From positions 62,001 through 126,000 of the forward strand of contig JAYWIR010000009.1 in assembly GCA_036172245.1 (NCBI GenBank): a stretch of 64,000 nt of DNA. Direction: 5' to 3'. The notes under the pieces were generated by a model that saw nothing but the letters and a program-made list of their open reading frames with translations, searched no databases and was not told the origin of the DNA. The stretch's first letter is position 1, and each line of letters begins with the position of its first letter. This DNA is from Raillietiella orientalis (lineage: Eukaryota). This document shows, in pieces, positions 1 through 12,000 of this stretch. The position numbers were made by a program, and so were the translations under genes.

Positions 1-129
1 ACCAGTGGTCCTTTCTGGACTGTAATCGAAGAAATAATTCCACAACGAATGAACACTGTTTTCTAGTGACTGCTTTTCTAATGACCTTACAATAAATGCC
101 CCGGCGTGACTCACTGGACATAAAACTCG

Positions 130-2300
130 TTGTTAGTAGGTATATTTAGTGCACACTACTATCAAGCCATCTTCATTTTCTGGTGCATCAATTCTGAATA
201 ACCCTCCCTGAAAAATTCCCGTATCGAATGGTACACCTAGCCTCAGTGATCATAGGATAAAAGCTCGAACTCAGAAACGAAAATAAAGCAATACAAGCAA
301 TGTATGAAAAGGTGCATCACTCAAAGAAAGGTGCACGAATGAGTGGAGGAGTTTACGAATGACACAATGAGTGCATCCGACGCAGACAATCCAGACCTGA
401 CTGTGGCAACAGCAAACCATGTCGAAAAAGTAAATCCCCTCGTTGAATGCAACAGACGTACGCTACCACTATTGAAGCAGTCTACATAGTCTACATATTG
501 CACATAATGCGCACCACCATAGAGAACACTGGTGGAGAACCTATGGCACGCGTGCCAGTAGTTCCACGGACGAAAATTTTCGCGGCATGCCATTAAGTAA
601 AAAAAAAAAGTTAATCACAAAACTAATTTGAATCCTATCAGTCGACCAATTTGCTTAGAATTCCAGGACTTCCCCTTGTGGAATCACACGTGTTTGTCAT
701 GCATTTTCGACTGTACAATCGCCAGTGTGCACAAATAAAGTACGGCACTTGTATTATTGTTGTGAATGCGACGACTTTCTGAAGATAAAGTTTTTAGTGA
801 AGGTGTGTATTATTCTTTGATATTTCTTCTTACCGTACTAAATAACATGGATGTTCAACATATAAAACAAAAACTATCGGAATCCAGCAATTTTGACTTC
901 CAAACCAGGTGGACTGCAAATTATGGCATGACCAACAAAGATAATACAGCTGTATGTGTCGTACGTTCAGAAACAGTTGCATGTAGGACGTCGTAAGTAA
1001 ATCGGCATTATAAGAGGAAGGAAGCGTAAATCGCTCCTTGAGATAAGACGAACAGAAAAAATTCATTACTCAGGCAATTGAAAACAGAAACATTCAATTA
1101 AACGCCTTGATAGAGTTTATCGGAAATCGTTCAAATATAACCCCCGCTACTTTTTTCGTTTCAAATGAAATTGCCAAACATGGAAAACCAGAACAGGGAA
1201 AACATCATTCCAAGAATGAAAGATATGCCATTGGCCAGAAACACTTTGAAAGACAGAATATTGGAAATGGCGAAAATACGACGTATAAGCAAAAAATTGA
1301 TATAAAAATCTTCCGCTTGAATTTCTCTTTGCCTTGAAAAAAGTACCAGCGTGGTAAGGATGGCAGCAGGGAACCCTTTGCACGATATGTATTGGCATAG
1401 CAATTTTCCGCTACCTCACGAATGTTTCTTTGCCAAGTTGATATTTCCCTCTCCGGAGAAGCATTGATAAGACTTTTCATCACAATTGATTCGATTCTGT
1501 AAAATGCATAGTGATATGCAACTCTTGTCTTCATGCAGGATTGTCACCCACAAATATTTCCTTACTAATACATCACTAAACATTAGTAAGCTATGGCAAC
1601 CGTATGGCTGTAGAGTCGGGTAGCCGCTATCTCCAGGTATCGGCGGAACGACACAACCGGGAGATGCACTCTTTGAACGGTAATATACGGTTCTACACTG
1701 AGGAAGGGTGGAGTCGTTTAGAAACCGCTCAAGAGTTGCACCACTATGCCTGGGGCACCGAGGCGGTAAAAAACACATAAATGTGAGTGTTCATTTCGTG
1801 CTACTCGCTGTGGTTACCGGTTGCTCCACAATGTAAGTGCAGCAATGGGCTTCTGAGAAGCTTCAGGGTGATGAAATTTGATGGTGGAAGCACTTGCAAG
1901 TTAATACATAATAAAAATGCGTAAATTTCATTTGAAATGGTAAAATAGCAATTCCAACCAGGCTCAACACTGTTTAAGTTCCTTCATGGACACAAAATAA
2001 CCATGGAACCAGATATCCTCTAAGGAATAAGTCTACTGAAATTTTTGCCTCATTTTGTGCTACAGTATCAAATTTTCCATTGTTTTCTTATTCCATACTG
2101 CTTCAAGAGCTCTCTAATGGCACTGTTTACCTGTAAGGCTTGCATTATTCCCTAGAAGAAGGATACCAACAGGGTACTCAATAGAATTCGCAGTTCAGTA
2201 GGATAACTAAGCAACAGCTTTCCAACTTATGATTAGAAGCACAATGCTTAGCAAGAAGGAAATATTGGCTTTACTGCATGGAAATAAATGTGCGCTCAAC
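130..2300 (-). pseudogene. Degenerate wolframin (WFS1)-like multipass membrane protein gene
   Basis: Minus-strand fragments in switching frames echo WFS1 in collinear order: VGKLLL (~VGKHYL), EISTWQRNIREVAENCY (~ETDLERAVRKAALVMY), CFPCSG (~CIPCSE), TTSYMQL/TAVLSLLVMP (~VTSYLSL/TAGLLSLLPSMP), VFVLYVEHPCYL (~LVVLNVSVPCLL), MACRENFR (~MAQLRNFK). GTAAG donors near 830 and 1561. Stops and frameshifts are present. Confidence 0.45.
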
Positions 2301-2794
2301 TTTCAAAGTGCAAAGTATGTCACAAAACACCACGAAGAAAAGATATTAAATCAGCATAGATACAACACATCATGTTCAAAAGGATGCACTTTAAGAGCAA
2401 AAGACTTTGATTTTGCTTCAAATATTCAACAACTGCAGTCTTTCTACCATCATAAGAATCATGAGAATAATTTCAATAATTACCAGCAATCAATTGAAAA
2501 CTTGCAATTTGAAATTTTTTTGTGCAACAATCTTACAGTACACTTGTTTCTTCAATGCATCAAATTCTACTCAAAACTATAGTGCTGCATAAAATGCTGT
2601 ACTGAGATACAATCATGGAAAACTCCGTAGTACTCTCTTGTTTCCAAACTATCCAGAGAGCAGTGGAAACAACAGAATAAGAGCAATGCAATCGTTAAAG
2701 AAATCGTCGAAATCAGAAACCATAGAAGTACTTCAGTGATATCAATTTCAATAAAAAAACGCATTTAATTTTCAAACTGAAGATGTTTAGATGC

Positions 2795-2804
2795 ACACAC
2801 AAAG
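2795..2804 (+). other. Phenuivirus-type segment 5' terminus (ACACAAAG, preceded by an extra AC)
   Basis: ACACAAAG at 2797-2804 begins 53 nt upstream of the nucleocapsid ATG (2850) and matches the conserved Phenuiviridae terminal octamer. Confidence 0.65.
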
Positions 2805-2849
2805 ATCTCTCAGTTTTGAAATATTGCAGAGACTGAATTATTAAGAAAA

Positions 2850-3584
2850 ATGGACAAATTGAACAAGGAGGAAGTAGAAAAATTAGTCAAAGAAATTCAA
2901 TCAACTTTGGTGTTTAATGATGAAATGGTAACTTCCATCAGACAAAATATAAATGATTTTGTTTATGAAAGTTTTGAGCCTAAAAGAATGGCTGTTATGA
3001 TATGGCACACGATTCAGGGGTATGCTCTTAAATCTAAAAAAGAGGATATCTTGATAATGATTATGTTAGCTTTGGAAAGAGGGAATAATTTAGACAGCAT
3101 GAGAGAAAAGATTAGTGAGCTGGTCTTGATGCTCTTTTTAAAACATACAAGTTCGTGTCTAACCCCGGTAAGAGCAAGGATGCAACAATGCTTTCAAGAG
3201 TGTCATTGTTCTTTCCTTGGTTGACTTGTGAGATGTGTTCTCACATATTATCACATACAGTTTCTCCCTCTCTTAGACACCTTAATATCTGCCATTTACC
3301 CTAGGCAAATGATGACAAGTGCATTTGCAAATAGGATACCCATAGAAACTGACAATGCAGAAAAGAGCACTGGAATTGATAAGATAAGATCTGCTTATCT
3401 TTTACATCAGTTTGAATTTACCAAGACAGTTTCAAAGATATCCCCAAATACAACCAACAGAAATGTAATCTCTAAAATTCGGGTTTATACAGATGCAGGT
3501 CAAGCAAATAATTACATTCACAATGCTGACGGAGTACACTATATGATTAAGTGGGGTATGTTTGACAAAAATTGGACATTCTGA
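2850..3584 (+). pseudogene. N: Endogenous viral element: Phlebovirus/Tenuivirus-family nucleocapsid (N) protein
   Basis: FVYESFEPKRM (~FAYQGFDARRV) and MIMLALERGNN (~MIVLALTRGNK). After a frameshift at ~3118: DALFKTYKFVSNPGKSKDATMLSRVSLFFPWLTC (~[33 protein letters not shown]). After a compensating shift at ~3272: YPRQMMTSAFA (~YPRHMMHPSFA), AYLLHQFEFTKTVS and KWGMFDKN. Intronless, ~245 codons. Confidence 0.9.
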
Positions 3585-3872
3585 ACAAAGATGACTAGGT
3601 TTTCATGCCTTCTTGTATTCTGATTGTTTAGAGTGATAAAAAACAATCGATGAAAGTTCTAGAAAATAAAACCATGCCACATCATTACCAATTCCAAATT
3701 CGAATTTCTAAGCACTTTCTTTGCCTTGGCATCTTCAAAACAGGCAGTCACTCTTAATAATAATAAACCTGCTGCATTATAGATCAACCTAACATGAATA
3801 TCAGAATGTCAAAAGTAAATTACAAGTACCAGAATTTAAATTTTCACATTTTTTCACAAAAAACATTAGTAC

Positions 3873-4417
3873 TTAGTCTGTACAGAGTTCATTGAGCATG
3901 TCAGTTTCCCATTGTGTTACCCTCTCATCTTTTAGCTTTTACCCTTTTAAGACTCTTCCTAACTGTACTTCCACCTCAGGAGGAACTGAGTCTCCAGATT
4001 TAAAGAGAATTTCTCACTTCCATAAATCCTCGTGTAATTCAATCTTAATCGTTTTGAGATTTTACTTTTTTTTATATAGATCTTATCAAAATGCACTGAA
4101 GCAATTCTGGGGCTATCAGGCAGAAAACCAGCAACCTATCAAAGTATACAAAAATTCTGTGTTGAATAGTGTTTTGCATAGATTTTTGTAACCATAATCC
4201 AGATATAGAAGGGTACGGGTTGACAAAATCCATGGGAAAAAAATTGAATAAAACTCCTAAAACGACACAACCCATCTTAGGAGCGCATTCTTTCAGGAGA
4301 TACTAATCAAAAGCACTAAATCAAGTAATTCCCTTGTAACCAATTATGCAATAAATTAGCAACATTAACATGTATGGTGCACAGGGCACATTTCTTGTTA
4401 TCTACTGTCAATCCCAT
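3873..4417 (-). pseudogene. Decayed ORF convergent on N; candidate ambisense non-structural (NSs-like) gene
   Basis: Protein-like text across frames, from MGLTVDNKKCALCTIH to ...EILFKSGDSVPPEVEVQLGRVLKG*KLKDERVTQWETDMLNELCTD*. Separated from the N stop by an AT-rich ~290 nt spacer. No recognisable motif. Confidence 0.3.
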
Positions 4418-5599
4418 TGATTCATTTTAAAATACGGAATATCATGAAATTACGTGCCCTTTTCACAAACCTGCGAGTCTTCATCAGATTCTTCCACTGC
4501 CACACTCATAAGGGTTTTTTTTTTTTCCTCTCTCCCGTTCTGACTTGCGAATACGCATGCTTGAAGTTTCTCACTAATCGAAAGGATGCACAGCCCATAT
4601 TGTGCAATTACAATATCAGACACTCGCAGAGCACTAATGTCACTAAGTGACCCAATCCCACAAAATCGATTTGCTACTAAACGGTGGGAAACACCCAATT
4701 TACACGGCATATGGACGATGGTATACTTCCAAAGGAGAAATCCGAAGCACTCTGAAACGCGCCTTCGCGTGGCAAAAATCGTTTTATCCGCTCTCTCAAA
4801 AAAAATGGCGAACTCTCACTCGAGCACGCAGGATTGCCAACAATGGTTAATGGAATCCCGCTAGATGCCTTCCAAAATCGACCATTTTTCAAGAAAAGGG
4901 ATTCCTGATTTCAACACCTAGGAATTTATTATTACTATTATGGAATCATTTAATGTCACTCAATCTAGAATCCCACAGTACAAACATGAAATGCAAGCTG
5001 ACAATTAATTGCTGATCACGTGAGATTTCTGTTATTCAGCTACTGCTATTTTTTCACGTGTTCGTTACGTTTGTAACGAGACCGCCGCACTGCCGGTTTT
5101 ATTACCTATACTTTAAAGACCACGTTAGAATAGTCGGTGAATTGTAATCAAATACTCAAACCAGTAGCTGCTGCACTTCAGCAATCGCAATTTCAATATC
5201 GAAATATTTGAACGATGAGAAACTCGTTTTCCTCGACAATCTTCGTCAATGATGCAATCATTGAATAATGTATCCAGATCCTCCAAGACTGGAACAGGAG
5301 TGAACAAAATATCCGAAATTTTATTGAAGACTATTTACAATATCCGTAATTGAAAATTCTCTTTGCAGTCACGAATAACTCGTAAACTTCGTCAGCCGGC
5401 GATTTCAAAACCTCTAAGATCCCTTCTTTGGTGAGAATGAATTCTTCGAATTTTTGCAGAATGAAATAGGAGCCACTGTTTCTGATGGATTCGGGAATTT
5501 TTCTTATTAGAATGCTTTCTTCTTCTTGCTCGATAGAATAAAAAGAAACTCAACTTCCCAATTTGAAGATTGCTCCGGCTAGTGCATCGGGGATGATTA

Positions 5600-8500
5600 C
5601 GATTACATGTTGCCCTGCTATCTGTTTCTCCTAGAAGCAAAACAGAGTTCTTCTAAAAGCGGAAAGCCTAAAAGGATGGAATTCTTTCCATGGAAAACAT
5701 CGTCTGGATTTTCCCGCCAGCAAGAGGTATGCCTGTGAAACAACGGAAATGCGTTGTGGGGCAGAGCTCCATGGAAGCAAAACACTGGTTTGCAGGATGA
5801 AAGCAAGAATATGAAAGGGAAGAAGCACGCAAAGTGTTCTCAGATTTTCATAATGATGTCATTAATTCTCATTATCTTCATTACTTGCATTCGTGCTGAA
5901 ACATGAAGATGGGAAGTATGGAACTGTTTGCTTCCAGAATTCACAACGCACCTCTGTTCACATTCATTACGTGCTTTCCCATTTGCATTAAACTTCACGT
6001 AATATAATGAGGAGCTCTGTTGCTGTAACTCAGTTACTAGCAAACGAAACTTTCTTCTTTCATGTCTTCATCAATATGGAGGTAGTAATAATGTCTACAC
6101 CCTTTAACCTTCCGTATTAGGATCGCAATTTTCTTCTTTAATTCTATCACACTCATACCCCACCCTGCCGAGCGACATATCGAGCTGGTTGCGAGTGAGA
6201 AATGAGGTCAGAAAACTATTGACGCCAAAAGAGAAAGATGCATGTTTGGCGAGGTTCCTGGCTCCAAAATTTGCATCCGCAACCAGGATTGGCCACCTGA
6301 TAACTAAGACACGAGTGATGCGCTACACTTTCTTTTATGAATGGTGTGCCTTTCTATGGTTACTGTACTACGTTCAGCAGCATTATATGAACTGATAATT
6401 CAAAGAAAGAACTTTATTCTTATATGTACACACAGTCTGCTTGCATATCAAGTTTTTTGTATAATAATTCATAGCATTTGTTTCAAGAAATAATTTCATC
6501 TATTTATGTGTGCCAATTTCCTTTTCTTTCTCAGAAATGTGCTCCTAGCCACAAAATCAATGAAAATGCAGTCTCATGATTGGTTTCTTGATAAGTATAC
6601 AAATATAGATTAACTGGGTAATTTACAGTCATTTCTCTCAATCCACCTTTTCCAGGGTTGGGTTTCTCTGAATAAGAATTTCCGGTGTTTACCGAACGAA
6701 TGTAGAGATGACATCAAACATTACAATTTAAATGCAAACACAAAAATCCTTGATTTTAAATGGCATTCAGCCACAGTACGTTTTCGCCATAAACTGTCTC
6801 CAACGTATCCACCGATTGTCTTTATTAAAAGTTTATAAATTTTGAGGATGTCTCGTATGAGGATTCAAAAGTCAGCGTGAAGTTCGTAGAAAACCTCTCA
6901 CACATTGTTTGAATTTTTCAGGCTTTACTGCTTCCTTGTTAGGAAAGATTGATTTCTCAATCATGAGCATTAGGAAAAAATTGGCAGGATTTAATCACCC
7001 TTTACATCTTCAACAATCTTTTTCTTCAAAAATACGTTGATGATCAGATGGTTCGCTAAGTACTCCAAGAGCCGGTCGCGTGCCTCGTGGCGCACGTGGC
7101 TCTTTAACAGTGTTCCACCCTACCCCCGGAGGGCGCGTGTTATTCTTCAAGATAGAGGGCACACTTTCCCTGGTTTTCCCCCTACGAGTTGCTGGTAATC
7201 AGCATGCACAGGAGCACGTCGTCTTGCACTACCGGCTATCCGAAGATCGCCACAAGCAAGTTGAGGCCACACTTCACTCCATGAGACCGTCATCCAATCC
7301 CTAACGACTGCTGCAAGCATAGTGACAGCACCTCCTGCACAAGTTTCTCCTTAGATCTCATGCAACATCAGAGAGTTGAAAATATTCTGACACAAGGGCG
7401 TGTCTTCTAGCTTACAGTATGCAAGGAGTTGTCCTTTCTTCAGTCACTCCACCGCCATCGAAGAGATTTCGGGAAATCGGCGGTAGGTCGCATAAGCGTC
7501 CACCTTTGCGGTCCAGCTGAACGTTTTCCGCATGCAACATCCTGTAGAAGTTGAATTCAGGAAGCAGGCACCCCTCGCCTTCGTGTAACACGATCTGCAT
7601 CCTCGGACCCACGGCTCGCAACGTCAGACGCACCTTCCGAAGACACACAGACAGACATCTCTCGTACAAAGTACGCAACTTCCGTACACAGAGTGCGACT
7701 GCGCGCAGCTGCTTGCTTCGCGCGAATGTCATACGAGCGGACTTTGAGCGGAGCTGCGCAGGCGCTTAGCGAGGGAGATGGACCCTTTGGAACATGCGCT
7801 TTCTTGATTGAAGCACGAAAAGCGCTAAAGAGCCCTCAATCACCCATTCGAGCTCTATCCCCCGGTCACAGTTGCACACAAGAACGTCTGGTTGCTGTTT
7901 TCAATCGATTTCAATAGCGGCCCGTGTTGTTCGCAGGAGAGCGGGTGAACAACCATCGTTGCATCGTAGAAGTGAACGTCTTGTGCTGAGGAATCGACAG
8001 AAGACGTGTCCTGCATTTCGCACGTCAGGCACCTCCTACCTAAAATCGGAGGCACGTGATCTTAGGGTACGAACAGTCCGCGCGTATGCCGCAGCCACCC
8101 TCTTGCCGCATCCGCTTCAACCGCTGTCGGTTCCGGCAGAAGTGTGCCACGCATAGCTGCCACGAGCAGCTTAGGGACAGCGGCTCGCGCTGCAGCATTT
8201 TCGCCACCCAGAGATCGCAGTTGCAGCACTTTTTCCGGAGAAGAGCTCCGACATCTTGGAGACAGCGACCGCCTCTCAGCCTGCCCGACACATGCCCCTG
8301 GGCACCGGTCGCGGCAGCCTGTGCGGGTGACCATCGGAAACACTTCTGTCGCCACCTTCCTTCAATCTGTGGCATTCCTTTCCTTGTTCAGATTTGTGAC
8401 CTTGCGGTAGCGCGCCACACGATGGACTCGACCTGCTGGCACGGGAGTCAACAGTTCATCTCATTCATCCTTTGCTTTATGAGCCGCCGGCTGAGTTTCG

Positions 8501-9065
8501 TTCGAAATTCCGTATGCGGGAGTTGCGTGAGATCGGAAAAACGAAACCTACGCGCTTTCGGTAGAAGATATACACAAATCCATTTTATCATGAGACATTT
8601 ATTAATATTTATTAACAAACACAAATTCATAGAATCAATGTATACGTTGAGAATGCTAAAAAATGAAGATGTATATGTTGATTCTATAGATGAAGATATC
8701 CTTATACACATAACAAATACACATGAAATCAAGATGGAAACCAGGAAATCTGAACACGTGCATCCATCATGGACTCACAATCCCGGAAGTAGAGTTCATC
8801 ATTTACCAGAAAAAGTTCCTATTCAGAGATATGACTAGACTATTGGGAAAAAGAAATGCAAGGGTCTTCTTCTATTTGTTAAATAACATTGCCTTTTCCC
8901 CTCATTTTTGATACCAGTTTCGTTCTCCATAAGACGGTATTCATGCAGTCCTTTCATAAACATTCATTTTACATATACACACATATATATGTTTATAAAG
9001 ATCGATACAATTTGGTGCGTACAAGGTGCATATATCTTTATTGTTTCTAAACTTTCTCCATGTTG
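5600..9065 (-). pseudogene. Decayed pepsin-like (A1) aspartic protease, copy A, split by a retroelement at ~7050-8560
   Basis: Collinear A1-like remnants: IGTFSG..DGCTCSDFLV..SSSIESTY (N-lobe, ~8.7-8.85 kb), GYVGDS, SIFVYLSRN (~6.6 kb), YYVKFNANG..C...CVVNSGS (~5.95 kb), ILLGFPLL (~5.67 kb). Many stops. Confidence 0.4.
7049..8560 (-). mobile_element. Degenerate REL non-LTR retrotransposon fragment with 3' terminal stem-loop
   Basis: GC-rich block. 7410-7500 is homologous to 51620-51720 and 20620-20720. The terminal motif 7049-7107 is nearly identical to 54975-55034. Confidence 0.55.
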
Positions 9066-9069
9066 AAGA

Positions 9070-12000
9070 CGTACCGCCTCTCGTACCGATTGCTATACTT
9101 AAAGAGGGAGCGGTCTTCAATGTCCTGCCTCATCTTCCAGCCACCGTGTTGCATGTTGCAGAGTAGGTGGATGGTGCAATTCAACTTGTCCCAATCGTCG
9201 ACCCCGCAGGATCGTTTCGACGAGTTGCTGGTGACAGGGAAGCGCCTGAAACCAGGAGAGCATGCATGCGAGCGCTGCCCTCGTCTTCTTCTTCCGAGGA
9301 TTCTTGATCCTGAGGGTAAGACGCACCAGCGGGTGGTCCGGCACAAGGTTCCGCGTTTCGCGAGATCCTTAGATGTGTTGTAGAGGACGTGGTCGATCGA
9401 CTTGTGGCTGACTGTTAGCCACAGCATTCCGAACCCATCACACGGCTGCCGATATGCCGTTTTTTGGATATGCCTGCAGAGATGTAGCCCAAAGACCTGC
9501 CAGAAAGGTTGAATTTCTCGTCGTCTCTCGCGAAAACTCCAAGAACCCGGTATTCCTGGTGGGAGCTGTTTCCGTTCTTCCTCTCGGCCTGCAGCTGATC
9601 AACATCTTGGCACCTCGGGCTCCACTTCTCAATTAAGAGCAGGACCACGACTCAGAGGAGAGAGAGCCCAACGAATGGAAGCTCTGCCGCACGCGCTGTT
9701 TGACGCGGAAGACTGCTCCAATCGCAGAAGCGCATCGCTGAGGGCACTTCACTTCCCCAACGCTGCCCCGCAGAACGCCATTGAACGGATGTTCAATGCC
9801 CAGGCTCACCAATTGCCTCTTCGATGGAAATCCTCTGTCTCGTGCGGACAGCAGTGATCGCCGAGATGGAAAACGGGCGTGGCTGCATCGGGCATGATAT
9901 CCCTGGGAGAATCTGCTGCGATTGCCATCTCTTGGATGAAAGCAGCAGCGAATGGCTCCACTCCGGGATGTGAGGCTCAAGGGAATCACTGGAAGACTAT
10001 GGGCAGGCTCACTCGATGACTTCGCCCGACTCGGACTCTCAGGAATCAGGTTAGCTCTTGTGGGTATGGTATATCCCATCTTCCATTGACCTTCCTAGCC
10101 CTCCTTTTTCTCCCTGCTCTCCTTCCTAATCATGTGCCCTTCTCTTCAAGCTCTAACGCGTCGCTCCTCCTATAAGTGCGCACATTTTCTTTCTTCATGT
10201 TGAATTAATAACACTCCTGCATGTTGAGGGTCTGAACATCTAGAGGTGTGAGGATCATGCGGAGAAGTTGATTTTCTATCAGCGAACAGGAAAGGAGGTT
10301 ACTATGTCGCAATCGCAGCTGAAGGTGGGATGGGAGCCACCGATCTGCAGATCGGAACGCGACAGCTGAAGTAACTTGGCAATAGAAAAAAATCAATAAA
10401 CAGCGACGCCAAGGAACGCGATCTTCATTCATCCGCGCCGTGTCTTCAGAAGCCCTTTGTGTGCATCTCTTGCATCTTCCTCTTCAGCTTCAAGGCGTGT
10501 CCCAAGATCTCATGCGCTGCTTCATCGCGTAGCAGGTAACCTCCGCACTTCTGAAACCATGCCGAATGGCAATCGAGGCGGCAGGAGAATGTCCGCCGCC
10601 GAGCAAGCAGTAGCGCTTTGGAGGGCGACCACAGCGAAACAGCAAATCCTTCCCAACTGATCCAATGAGTCGAAGTAATTGGTCCTGGAAATGGATGGCG
10701 CTCAAGCGTCGAGCCTATACCCAACCGCCGGGACATAGCCGTTCCTGCCTTCCAGGCGCGTTCCGGAGGACGGCAGGTTCCTCAGGTTCCGGCGAGTAGG
10801 AGGGTCGCGACGGTGCGCGCAGAAGAGTTTGGGCGCGAGCTCGCCTGGAGCCGCCGTCGGCGCAGATCTTGGTGGTAGTAGCAAATACTCCAGTGAGATC
10901 CTGGAGGTCTGATGTGGAGAAGGGTTCCATGCGAACAGCCTTTGAGCATGGTTCAGTCGATCCTAAGTCCCCGAAGAAATCCGTGGGACGTGGCCAAAGT
11001 CCTCGTGCTCCTGTCGCAGTTGAAAAAGCTGCAAAACCTTCCCAGCTGCCTGGGTACGCTGTAGTCAGTTGCGCGGGAAGCCGTGGTGCAAGTCGAGCAA
11101 GGTCACTCGGAGGATAGCACTTAGTTGACGGACGACATGGGAAGAGCCAGAAAGTTCATTGTGAAATCTCAGAAGCTCAGCATAAAAGACAGACCTTTCC
11201 GTGCGGAAGCTGAAGGCTGCTACATTCACCCCCACCATCCAGAATGTAAGGAAAACTCCTCTGCTTGGCAACAGTCACTTCTCTCCTTCGGAGAGGGCAG
11301 GAGCACTGGGGTAAAACGAACCTCCTCAGGTCGCATTGTAGTTCCACCATGTAGACCATTCCTACGCGCCCGATAGAACGCATCAACCTCAGGATTGCCA
11401 TGCATTTAGTAATGCAAGTCTAGGTGTTGGCTTCCTCCATGCATCTTTGTCCCCAGAGTATAGGAAGATACAAGGCTGCTCTCCCGAAAGTTGGCCTTCT
11501 TGACAGTGTTCATTCTCTCCCTCTCACGTGGCGGTTCCTCCACGTCTACTACTTCGCTGTCATGGCCATTTTTGATAAACGATGGAGCTCAAGTTCCATC
11601 TTCTGTGGCCTTCGAATGCAGTCGTGCATCTCCTCTCGAGACAGCGATGACTCGCGGTGCACGGCATCGCGTGTCTCCCGAGAGTTTGCCGGTGTTTTGT
11701 CCTGATAAAAAGGGAAGAAAAATGCAAAAATAAGGGGCCACAAAGTACAGCAAATGTACCACCTGGAAGTATCTGCCTATATTGAACCGAACCAGAGGGA
11801 CTACCACAGCGTGGAAGCAGCACATCTAAAGGTGCTAGGCGCACAAACCCCCCATGAGCTCGCCAAGATAATTCGTTGCACCGCTTAGAGGAAATTTTAA
11901 TGACCTTCATGAAGGAGGCCAGCTCTCACTCGAGGATGGTTGGTCTGCCCCCTTGCCTGCTCTCGCGACGCCAATGCACACAGACCGATGAAAACTCGAA

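Noticed and set aside
4445..4490. Hammerhead-like CTGATGA...GAAA on the minus strand
   Set aside because: Stem II is weak and stems I and III cannot be formed.
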